The notes below the pieces were generated by a model. The model searched no databases and was not told the origin of the DNA. It saw nothing but the letters and a program-made list of their open reading frames with translations. A stretch of 27,728 bases of DNA, from the NCBI GenBank assembly GCA_048268245.1, contig JBLWVX010000034.1:1-27728 (forward strand), given 5' to 3'. Below are positions 1 to 8,153 of the stretch, piece by piece (the stretch's first letter is position 1; each line of letters starts with the position of its first letter). The stretch comes from Arcobacteraceae bacterium (lineage in GTDB: Bacteria; Campylobacterota; Campylobacteria; Campylobacterales; Arcobacteraceae). The position numbers and the translations under genes are program-made.

Positions 1-66
1 TCAGTGAGATTATGGAAAAATATACTAAGTGATTAAAAAGTAACTGGTGGGTTTACACAGTTTAAT

Positions 67-1047
67 TTACAGGGTCATAAAATCTACTCCATTTATAAGT
101 CCCATCTTGCCATTCTCTTTTATAAAAAAGCTTGATTGTTTAAGATGGGCAAATTTATTTTCAATAGATTGATGATAATTAAAATCTGTTTTAGAATCTC
201 CTAAATAAATAGCTCCAATTCCTGCTTGAGATAAAGATATTAGTTTGTCATCACCTATGTCATTCTTTTCCCAAATTACTAAATCTTTAAATATTGAATC
301 ATTTTCATCTAACCAGTTATTATTATCTTTATCATATGTTTTTAAGTCTTTAAATCCATCTCCACTTTTAGTTCCAAATAGTTCATTTGAACTATCTATT
401 GCTTTATTACTATTTTTGTCTAAAGCTAAAAATCCTGCTCCATCTCTTAAAAGAGGTATTCGTTCAACTTCTCCATCATTATTTAAATCAAAAGCAAATT
501 TCAAAGTAGGATTTATATTATCAAAACTATTTAAACTATCTTTATAGTTTATAATAAGTGGGTCTATAAACTTTTCATTTCCAAGATTTAGCTTCTCTTC
601 ATGAACTTCGTAAAAGCTTTTTGAAAAAAAGATAGATAAATCTATTTCAAACTCTTTATTTGAAGTTTTTATTATAGCTTTTGTATTAAACTCAATACTA
701 TTTTCTAGTTGATACTGTGTTTTTGTATGTAGTCTAAAGCCCCAATTTACTTCATCATTTTTAAACTTATCTTTATTGTTAGGGAAAAAACTAGTTTGCT
801 TATCATTATTTAGTTTAGAAGTAATCTCTTCTAATATTTGTTTTTTAATTTTATCTTCTGAAGAAAGCTTTGATTCATCATTTGAGGCTAAATATATACC
901 TCTTAAGTCTGCAAGTACGGTTGTTTTTATAGCTTTTGTTTCTCTTGCAGTTTTGAGTTCATTCATCCAAGAAGCAGAGCTTATTGAGCTATTTGTTAGA
1001 GAGTTTGAAATAGTATTTATAGTAACTTCAGATGATTCTATTTTCAT
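67..1047 (-). CDS. Hypothetical protein with C-terminal Asp-rich Ca-binding-like repeats (DxNxDG/DxDxN)
   Basis: 326-aa ORF with an AAAGG SD-like site upstream. The C-terminal half reads DPLIINY...FDLNNDG...GFLALDKNSN..ID..NELFG...DGFKDLKTYDKDNNNWLDEND..F..L..W, a pattern typical of a widespread uncharacterised Ca-binding-repeat domain. Function unknown. Confidence 0.75.
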   Translation of the reverse strand: MKIESSEVTINTISNSLTNSSISSASWMNELKTARETKAIKTTVLADLRGIYLASNDESKLSSEDKIKKQILEEITSKLNNDKQTSFFPNNKDKFKNDEVNWGFRLHTKTQYQLENSIEFNTKAIIKTSNKEFEIDLSIFFSKSFYEVHEEKLNLGNEKFIDPLIINYKDSLNSFDNINPTLKFAFDLNNDGEVERIPLLRDGAGFLALDKNSNKAIDSSNELFGTKSGDGFKDLKTYDKDNNNWLDENDSIFKDLVIWEKNDIGDDKLISLSQAGIGAIYLGDSKTDFNYHQSIENKFAHLKQSSFFIKENGKMGLINGVDFMTL

Positions 1048-1112
1048 AATAAAGCCTTTTTTCTTTCTATAAAAATTTTATGATAGCTTTATGAAAAGAA
1101 AGCTTAAAGATT

Positions 1113-1751
1113 TTATATAGCTTCTAAAAGTTCTTCTAGTTCATCAAGTTTGTTTATAAAAAAATCTGCTTTTGAAAAGTCATGTTTAACTGTAAAGTCA
1201 TTGTGTACAATAGCACATTGAATATTAGCATTAAAAGCAGATGTTAAACCTCTTTGAGAGTCTTCTATTATTATAGCTTCATCTTTTTTGGCATTGAACT
1301 TTTTAAGACCTGCTAAATATGGATCTGGGTAGGGTTTAGCTCTTTTGTAATCTTCAACACATAAACTAAATTCCATAAAATCAATAATACCTCTATTCTT
1401 GTGAATAAGGTCAAAATCAACTCTTCTTGAAGTTGTAACAATGCCCATTTTGTATTTTTTTGATAGTTTTGTTAAAGTTTTTTTTACATTTGGAATTTCA
1501 ATATTTTTGGTTTTTAAAAAGTTTTGATAGTAGTCATCTCTTTGAAATCTTTTGTTATCTACTATCTGTTTTGAGAAGCCTTTTTCAAAAGCTAATTCCC
1601 AAGCAGTACCGCCTCTTGCCATAATTTCAAGGTAGATATCTAAGTGTAAAGTAATTCCTAGTTCTTTTAGGGCTATTTTATTGGCTTCATAGTACCACTT
1701 TTCAGTTTCTACTAATACACCATCATTATCAAATAGTATATATTTTTTCAT
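1113..1751 (-). CDS. HAD-superfamily hydrolase/phosphatase, subfamily IA
   Basis: Motif I FDNDGVLVET, motif II VTTS, motif III KPYPDPY, motif IV EDSQRG. Starts 3 nt after the stop of the upstream 138-aa gene. Confidence 0.92.
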   Translation of the reverse strand: MKKYILFDNDGVLVETEKWYYEANKIALKELGITLHLDIYLEIMARGGTAWELAFEKGFSKQIVDNKRFQRDDYYQNFLKTKNIEIPNVKKTLTKLSKKYKMGIVTTSRRVDFDLIHKNRGIIDFMEFSLCVEDYKRAKPYPDPYLAGLKKFNAKKDEAIIIEDSQRGLTSAFNANIQCAIVHNDFTVKHDFSKADFFINKLDELEELLEAI

Positions 1752-1754
1752 ATA

Positions 1755-2171
1755 CTATTTTTTTCTTACCTTATCAAAATTGTCAAATTCCTCATCATAA
1801 AAAACTCCTAATTGACAATGAGTTACTTTAATATCAGAATTTTTGATTGATGAACCAACCTTTTTAAGAGTTGACCCTTTTTCTTGTGCAAGTTTCCATG
1901 CTATTTCACATTGAACTTTTTTGTTATTTGCAGAGTTCTTAGCTAATGTATTATAAATATCATCATTCATTTGAGAAAATCTTAATTTACCAAATACACC
2001 TAGTTCACAATTTGTAATTTTAATATTCATATCTTTTGCAATTTGTGCCATATTTTTAGGTTTTATACCCATAAGTTTTGCAGCTTTAAAAGCTCTTATA
2101 CACGATAGTTCACCGTTTTCATCTAAATTGTTTAAAACTAACTGTTTTTGAGTTGAATCAAGTTTTACCAT
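1755..2171 (-). CDS. Hypothetical protein made of two tandem ~55-aa Cys-containing repeats
   Basis: Internal duplication LSCIRAFKAA...IKITNCELGVF / VQCEIAWKLA...IKVTHCQLGVF. AAGGA and a TATAAT lie upstream on the minus strand. Confidence 0.8.
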   Translation of the reverse strand: MVKLDSTQKQLVLNNLDENGELSCIRAFKAAKLMGIKPKNMAQIAKDMNIKITNCELGVFGKLRFSQMNDDIYNTLAKNSANNKKVQCEIAWKLAQEKGSTLKKVGSSIKNSDIKVTHCQLGVFYDEEFDNFDKVRKK

Positions 2172-2285
2172 TTTGTTATTAAAAATCCTTATATTTATTA
2201 AAATTGTAATTATAGTTAAAAAATATTAATTTTGTTGTTATTTTAGTTCAAATATTATACAGTTTTATATATTAAATTTAAGTAT

Positions 2286-2319
2286 AAAAAAAACAGAACG
2301 CCTAGGGGTAGCGTTCTGT
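2286..2319 (-). terminator. Rho-independent terminator
   Basis: Perfect 9-bp stem ACAGAACGC (2293-2301)/GCGTTCTGT (2311-2319), 9-nt loop, then a U-tract on the minus strand (A run 2286-2293). Confidence 0.85.
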
Positions 2320-2398
2320 CATTGACTTGTATATTATTTGTAGGAGAGTCAAGTTGAAAAACTTGTGTATCAAAATTAAGTCTCTTTACTTAATTGAT
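2286..2398 (-). ncRNA. Candidate small regulatory RNA (~113 nt)
   Basis: Minus-strand TATAAT at 2410-2405 puts +1 near 2398, at the base of a hairpin (AAUUAAGU/ACUUAAUU). A middle stem exposes CUCUCCU, and the RNA ends in an intrinsic terminator. Confidence 0.55.
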
Positions 2399-2474
2399 AT
2401 TATAATTATAGGTTATGAAGATTAATATATTTTAAATAAATAGTTAACAATAAGTAAATAGGATAGTAACTATC

Positions 2475-4103
2475 CTATTTTATGTAAATAGGTAAAGTTA
2501 ATTTAACCTCAAGCCCTTTAAATGACTTTTCATTGTATTTAAAATCTGTATTATTAACTTCAATAATACCCTTTAAATGTTTTTTCATTAAGTCATGAAC
2601 AATAAACAAACTAAGTCCAATTCCAGATGACTTATCATCTTTTGTTGTGAAATAAGGTTCAAAAATTTTATCTAATAAAGTTTCATCAATACCAAATGCA
2701 TTATCTTTAATTGTAATTATGCAACTATCAGTATCTTTTTGTTTTAAATCAATAATAATAATTGGCTCATAAACTTTTTTACTTTCAAGGGCTTCTATTG
2801 AATTGTTTATGATATTTATCAAGATATGTATTAATTCAGTTTCATATGTAAACAAAGTAATATCTTCAATATTTTGTACACATACTATATTTGAGTTTGC
2901 AAATTTTTTATTTAGAACTTTATCAATCTTTGTAAAAGTTTCTTTTATTTTAAACTCTTTTTTTATTGTATCTTTTAGAAAATACTCTCTAAAATCATCA
3001 ATTGTTTTTGATAAAGTTTGTGTTGTTTTTATAATTTTATCTAAGCCTTGATCATATAGTTTTTTATCTTGCATGTAAATATCATAATCTATTTGCATAG
3101 CACTTGAAATAGTTGAAATTAAAGATAGTGGTTGTCTCCAATGATGTGCAATATTTTCTAGTACATTACTTAAAGATACTAATTTTGCTTGATGTGTTAT
3201 AAGATTTTCTTGTTTTTTAATCTCTTCTTGTCTTAAAAACCTATTGACTGCAAGAGAAACTAAGTATGAAAAAGAATCGATTAGTTCAAGTTCAAAACTA
3301 GTAGGATTTTTTGGTTTTTTATAATATATTGCAAATGTTCCTAAAACTTCATTATTTTTTGAAAAGAACGGTTGCGACCAACAAGCATTTAATCCAATAG
3401 GTTTTGTAAGTTCAAGATAGTTAGCCCAAAAAGGATGAGTATTAATATTTTCAACTATTATTCTTTTTTTAGTAAAAGCAGCTGTTCCACAAGAACCAAT
3501 ATTTGGTCCTATTACTAAAGTTTTAACAGCATCATTATAGTACTTTGGAAGACTTTTTGTAAAGCTTTTATTGAACATTTGTTTTTTTTCATCTAAAAGA
3601 AGAATAGAGCATATCATATTGTTATTTATTTTTTCAGCTTCATTGATTATGAAAAGTAAAGTTTCTTCTAAACTATTATCTTTTAGTGTATATTCAAGAA
3701 TTTTTTGAGTTGTAGTATGTAGTGTCTCATACTCTTTTTCTTTAGTAATATCTTTTGAAATACCAATGACCGCTATAATATTATTTTGTTCATCTAAAAT
3801 TACATCTTTTCTAGATTCAAAATAAATTTTACTATCATCATTTAAACTTAGTATTTCACAAAAACTTTGTGCTTCTTTTTGATTTATTACTATTTCGTCA
3901 TTGGCAACAAATAGACTTGCATCTTCTTTTTTAAAAAGTTCAAAGTCAGTTTTTCCGATAACTTCTTCTTTTGTATAGTTTGTATACTTACAAAAAGATT
4001 CATTACATAGTATATATTTACCTTCAAGGTTTTTAAAATATACTAGGTTTTCTAACAAATCAAAAGTTTTTTCTTGGTATAGATATGTTTTTAATGTATT
4101 CAT
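2475..4103 (-). CDS. PAS-GAF sensor histidine kinase (soluble, orphan)
   Basis: N-terminal PAS (FKNLEGKYILCN...IGKTDFELF...GISKDIT), GAF (IGSCGTAA...ACWSQPF...LGTFAIY), H-box ENIAHHWRQPL, N-box NIINNSIEA, DNAFGI, FEPYFTTK, GIGLSL. No TM segment. Confidence 0.92.
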   Translation of the reverse strand: MNTLKTYLYQEKTFDLLENLVYFKNLEGKYILCNESFCKYTNYTKEEVIGKTDFELFKKEDASLFVANDEIVINQKEAQSFCEILSLNDDSKIYFESRKDVILDEQNNIIAVIGISKDITKEKEYETLHTTTQKILEYTLKDNSLEETLLFIINEAEKINNNMICSILLLDEKKQMFNKSFTKSLPKYYNDAVKTLVIGPNIGSCGTAAFTKKRIIVENINTHPFWANYLELTKPIGLNACWSQPFFSKNNEVLGTFAIYYKKPKNPTSFELELIDSFSYLVSLAVNRFLRQEEIKKQENLITHQAKLVSLSNVLENIAHHWRQPLSLISTISSAMQIDYDIYMQDKKLYDQGLDKIIKTTQTLSKTIDDFREYFLKDTIKKEFKIKETFTKIDKVLNKKFANSNIVCVQNIEDITLFTYETELIHILINIINNSIEALESKKVYEPIIIIDLKQKDTDSCIITIKDNAFGIDETLLDKIFEPYFTTKDDKSSGIGLSLFIVHDLMKKHLKGIIEVNNTDFKYNEKSFKGLEVKLTLPIYIK

Positions 4104-4168
4104 AATTATTAATATAACATATTTTACTTATATAAAAGATATAAATTTAAAAAAAGTTAAAAAAGTTA

Positions 4169-4194
4169 AAAAAGTAGCATAAATGCTACTTTTT
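4169..4194 (-). terminator. Probable intrinsic terminator of the mlaA-mlaC-MMPL operon
   Basis: Inverted repeat AAAAAGTAGCA-TAAA-TGCTACTTTTT overlapping the MMPL stop codon, followed by U-rich tracts on the minus strand. Confidence 0.6.
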
Positions 4195-6675
4195 AAATGG
4201 TTTAAATAAGATAATAAGTCTTGGAAGTAAAAGTAATGCAGAAGCTAAAATAGTTGCCATTACTACAACTGTTAATAGTCCAAAATAAATTGTTGGTATT
4301 AGGTTTGATAAAACCAAAATAGAGAAACCAACTATTACTACTAAAGATGTATAGTACATAGCATAACCTATACTTTCATGGGTTCTTTTCATACTATTTA
4401 AATAATTGTGGTCATGTTTAAATTCTTCTTTAAATCTATGAATATAGTGAATTGTATCATCAACACCAATACCTATAGAAATAGCAGCTATTGTAATAGT
4501 CATAATATCAAGAGGGATATTTAGCCATCCCATAATACCAAATATTGCAGATATAGGGATAATATTAGCTAGTATTGCTACTGCTGCTATTTTTATTGAT
4601 TTAAATAGAATTAAAAACATTATAAATAGAATAATTACTACGAATCCTAATGTATTAATTTGAGAATCAAATAAAGATTGAAGCATATTATTATATAAAA
4701 TCATTAGATTTGATAATCTAAATGAAGTATGCTCACTTACGATTAGCTCTTCTAAATCATGATTGATTTTATTTATAAGTTCGTTTCTTCTAAGTTCAGG
4801 ATTTGAATCCATGATTCTTACTGTAATTCTTGCTTCATTATTTTCAATATTAATATATGGGTTTAATATAATATCTTTATATTTATTTGGAAGTTCATTA
4901 TAAAGCAATGCTAAAGTTACACCATCTAAAGTTTCCCCTTCATTTAAAAGCTTTCCTATTCTAAGTAAAGTTTCTAAAGATTGAACTTTGCCAACTTCAT
5001 CAAGAGATTCTAAATAAGAGTGAACTTTCTTTATAACTTCAAGTTTATCTGCAGTAAACCAGTATTGTTCATCATTTGCACTCTCTTCAAATTCACTTTC
5101 AAAATCATCAAAAGCACTAAACTCATCACTACTATTATTTTTAACTACAGAAATTTCTTTTTTCTCTTCTTTAAATTTGATGATTACATCTAAAGGAGTT
5201 GTACCTCCTAATTGTTCATCAATTACTTTCATTCCCTTGTAAATCTCTGTATCTTTCTTAAAGTAGTTAATAAAACTGTTTTCAACGATTAGTTTTGAAG
5301 CACCACTTAGTGAAAATAGTACAAGAAGAATACTTGCAATAATTATAGCATTTCCTCTTTTTTCAACTAGCTTTACACAAGTTGGAATAAGTAAGAAAGT
5401 GTCTTGTTTTTTCTTTGCATTTTTCTCTTCTTTTCTTTTTAAGAATATTAAAATAATAGGAAAAACTATAAAAGCAATAAGTAAAGATATAGCAATACCT
5501 GCACTCATCATTAAACCTAAATTTTTCACAGGCTCGATTTTTGATAAAACAAGAGAAGCAAAACCAGTAATTGTAGTAAGTATAGCAAAGAATGATGGAT
5601 TCAGTTTTGATAATACAGTATTAATTACAAGTTTGTATTGACTTGCATGTTTATATTTATTGTTAAGTTCTCTATATCTTACAATTAAGTGAAGTACAAT
5701 AGACAGAGTAATTATTAGTTGTAGAGATATAAAGTTTGAAGATATAACAGTAACCTCTAAAGCAAATAGTCCTAGAACACCCGCTGTTGATATAACAGAA
5801 AGTAAACAAATAGTAATAGGTAAAACAACCCATCTTAAATTTTTAAAAATTATCCAAAGTATAGTAATAAGTAAAAAGATTAGAGTTGAACCATAGATTA
5901 AAAGGTCATTTTTTACATAGCCAATAATATCATTGGCTATCATATTCACTCCACCTAAAAAGATAGTTCCACTATTTTCATATTTTTTTATAATATCTCT
6001 TATAGCTTGAATATTTTGACTATCATTTTCCCTTGCAAAATCTCTATGTTTTTTAAATTCAATTATTGTTTCATCAAGTTCTTGTTTTTCTTTAGATGTA
6101 ATAGTACCTTCTCTTTGAAGTTTAAGTAAAGAGTTTCTTTTTTCAAGTAATGCTCTATATTTTTCATCATCTTTTAAACTTAAAACTAAAGCAGTTGTTT
6201 TAAAGTCTTTACTAACTAAACTATTAGTATAAAGTTCAGAGTTTAAGAACTCTTTTTTTACTAAATCTTTATCATAGTTTCCATCTTCAATTGTATTTAC
6301 ACCATCAACTAAGCTTGCTATTGGTTTTATAGGAGATTGAAGTAGGGGAGCATTTACTATTGAAGTAACTTTTGTAATTGAATCAACTTTTAAAAAGTCA
6401 TTACTTATTTGTTTTATAGTATCAATACTTTGCTTTGATAGTAAATCACTATTCGGAGTAAAGGTTACAAGTAAAAAGTTTGGATTATGGTATCTTTTAC
6501 TAACTTCTCTTACGAATTTTAAATCTTTATCATCATCTAAAAGTAAAGTCTCAGCAGAAGCGTCAATCTCAAGTTTTGTAGCATAGTACCCTAAAGCTCC
6601 TACAGCTAGTAATAAAGTAATTATTACAGCTATAGGAAATTTGAAGATTATTTTGTCATAAAGTTTTTTAAACAT
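4186..6675 (-). CDS. MMPL/RND-family (HpnN-like) lipid transporter
   Basis: 829 aa with two repeats of 1 TM + large periplasmic loop + 5 TM. GIGVDDTIHY motif in the second half. Directly downstream of mlaC. Confidence 0.9.
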   Translation of the reverse strand: MFKKLYDKIIFKFPIAVIITLLLAVGALGYYATKLEIDASAETLLLDDDKDLKFVREVSKRYHNPNFLLVTFTPNSDLLSKQSIDTIKQISNDFLKVDSITKVTSIVNAPLLQSPIKPIASLVDGVNTIEDGNYDKDLVKKEFLNSELYTNSLVSKDFKTTALVLSLKDDEKYRALLEKRNSLLKLQREGTITSKEKQELDETIIEFKKHRDFARENDSQNIQAIRDIIKKYENSGTIFLGGVNMIANDIIGYVKNDLLIYGSTLIFLLITILWIIFKNLRWVVLPITICLLSVISTAGVLGLFALEVTVISSNFISLQLIITLSIVLHLIVRYRELNNKYKHASQYKLVINTVLSKLNPSFFAILTTITGFASLVLSKIEPVKNLGLMMSAGIAISLLIAFIVFPIILIFLKRKEEKNAKKKQDTFLLIPTCVKLVEKRGNAIIIASILLVLFSLSGASKLIVENSFINYFKKDTEIYKGMKVIDEQLGGTTPLDVIIKFKEEKKEISVVKNNSSDEFSAFDDFESEFEESANDEQYWFTADKLEVIKKVHSYLESLDEVGKVQSLETLLRIGKLLNEGETLDGVTLALLYNELPNKYKDIILNPYINIENNEARITVRIMDSNPELRRNELINKINHDLEELIVSEHTSFRLSNLMILYNNMLQSLFDSQINTLGFVVIILFIMFLILFKSIKIAAVAILANIIPISAIFGIMGWLNIPLDIMTITIAAISIGIGVDDTIHYIHRFKEEFKHDHNYLNSMKRTHESIGYAMYYTSLVVIVGFSILVLSNLIPTIYFGLLTVVVMATILASALLLLPRLIILFKPFKK

Positions 6676-7263
6676 CTATTTTTTTGTATCTTTTAGAATC
6701 ACAAGTAGCTCATCAAAAGTTTTTTCTTTTAAAAGTCCTGCAAATTGTTTTCTATATGTTTGAACGATACTAACTCCAAGTAAGTCTACATCATAGATAA
6801 ACCATTGATTTTTCTTTTTATTATTATAAAAATTATAATTGATTTTATAAACTTCATCTTTTCCTACAACTTCTGTTTTTAGTTGAAGTCTTGTCTTTTT
6901 ATAAGGAGAAAGTTCTATAATTTTTACTTTTTGGTCTGTATAAAGTTCTAATTTATCAACATAAGAGTTTTTAAGTTTAAGCTCAAAAGCTTTTATAAAC
7001 TCTTTTCTTTGAGTATCATTTATACTCAGCCAAGTTTCTTTACCAAGAGAGATTTTTCCCATAAGTTCATAATCAAAAACATCATCTATTAAAGCAAAAA
7101 TTTTATTTGCTTTATCTTGTGTATTTAAATCTTTTTGTTTTAAGATATCTAAGGCATCATCAACTTTAGCTGTCATTTCATTAATAATTTCATCTTTTTG
7201 AAGTGCATTTGCACCTGTAATTAAAAATGTTAGTAAAAGTAAAACTTTTAGTATATTTTTCAT
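6676..7263 (-). CDS. mlaC: MlaC/Ttg2D-family periplasmic phospholipid-binding protein
   Basis: Signal peptide (…GANA|LQK), FDYELMGKISLG..W, WFIYDVDLLGVSIVQTYRKQF motifs. Adjacent to mlaA. Confidence 0.9.
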   Translation of the reverse strand: MKNILKVLLLLTFLITGANALQKDEIINEMTAKVDDALDILKQKDLNTQDKANKIFALIDDVFDYELMGKISLGKETWLSINDTQRKEFIKAFELKLKNSYVDKLELYTDQKVKIIELSPYKKTRLQLKTEVVGKDEVYKINYNFYNNKKKNQWFIYDVDLLGVSIVQTYRKQFAGLLKEKTFDELLVILKDTKK

Positions 7264-7268
7264 TTAAT

Positions 7269-8087
7269 CTATTCCTTTATTTGTTGATTTCTTTTTTGTT
7301 CATAAATATCCCTTAAAAATGGATACAAATCCAATGCATCTTTTTTGATGTTTTCATATTGACCTAGTTTTAATGAAACACTATTTATAGTTTTTACTCC
7401 AGAAATAGCCATAGCTTCTAGGCTATTATTTGGTATTTTATATCCTATATCACTTGAACCAGTAACAGAAATAGGACTTACATAAGCATCTGGAACCATA
7501 CTAAATACATCTCTTAAGTTTGAAGGTCCAAGAAGTGGTAGAACTATATGAAAGCCATTCCCAACTCCATAATGCCCTAGTGTTTGACCAAAATCTTCAT
7601 CATACTGTTTCCATCCAAGCTCAGAAGTAGCTGGATCCATAAATCCACCTAATCCCCAAATAGTATTTACTACAAATCTTCCAAGTTCAACACCTGCATT
7701 TTCAAATTTTAGCTGTAAAACATTGTTTGTAAATCTAATAGGAAATAGTAAGTTATCAAAAAAGTTTGATACGCCAATTCTTACATCTTGAGGTAAAACA
7801 TATGCATAACCTTTCGCAATAGGATTCATTACATATATAAATGCATAATCATTAAATGTTGTCATAACTCTGTTATACCCACTTAATGGATCAAAAACTT
7901 CTGCTTTTGAGTCTTCACTAAACTCATCAGCAAATTCATCACTAAAATCATTCTCAAAACCATCATCGTTTTGTGATAAGCTAGTTGATTTTTCTATTGG
8001 TGCAGTTTTTTCAATATTGCTACTATCTTTAGTTGCACAGGCATTAAAAGAAAAAGCAATAAAAAGTACAAAAATAAGATTTTTCAA
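7269..8087 (-). CDS. mlaA: MlaA/VacJ-family lipoprotein
   Basis: TTG start with GAGGA SD, lipobox FNAC, motifs DPLSGYNR, RFVVNT, EDFGQTLG.YG, LPLLGPSNLRD, DLYPFLRD.Y. Confidence 0.93.
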   Translation of the reverse strand: MKNLIFVLFIAFSFNACATKDSSNIEKTAPIEKSTSLSQNDDGFENDFSDEFADEFSEDSKAEVFDPLSGYNRVMTTFNDYAFIYVMNPIAKGYAYVLPQDVRIGVSNFFDNLLFPIRFTNNVLQLKFENAGVELGRFVVNTIWGLGGFMDPATSELGWKQYDEDFGQTLGHYGVGNGFHIVLPLLGPSNLRDVFSMVPDAYVSPISVTGSSDIGYKIPNNSLEAMAISGVKTINSVSLKLGQYENIKKDALDLYPFLRDIYEQKRNQQIKE

Positions 8088-8153
8088 ATTAGTTCCTCAT
8101 AATTTTATTAAATATTATATAAAAAAAATGTGAAATATATGTTGAAAGGTTTT

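Noticed and set aside
1..64. Possible 3' end of a plus-strand gene and weak hairpin AACTG...CAGTT
   Set aside because: Too little sequence to fix a frame or product, and the stem is short and imperfect.
4148..4175. Three tandem TAAAAAAGT units
   Set aside because: Too short for a CRISPR or VNTR call. Best explained as the terminator tail and the periodic T-tracts typical of these promoters.
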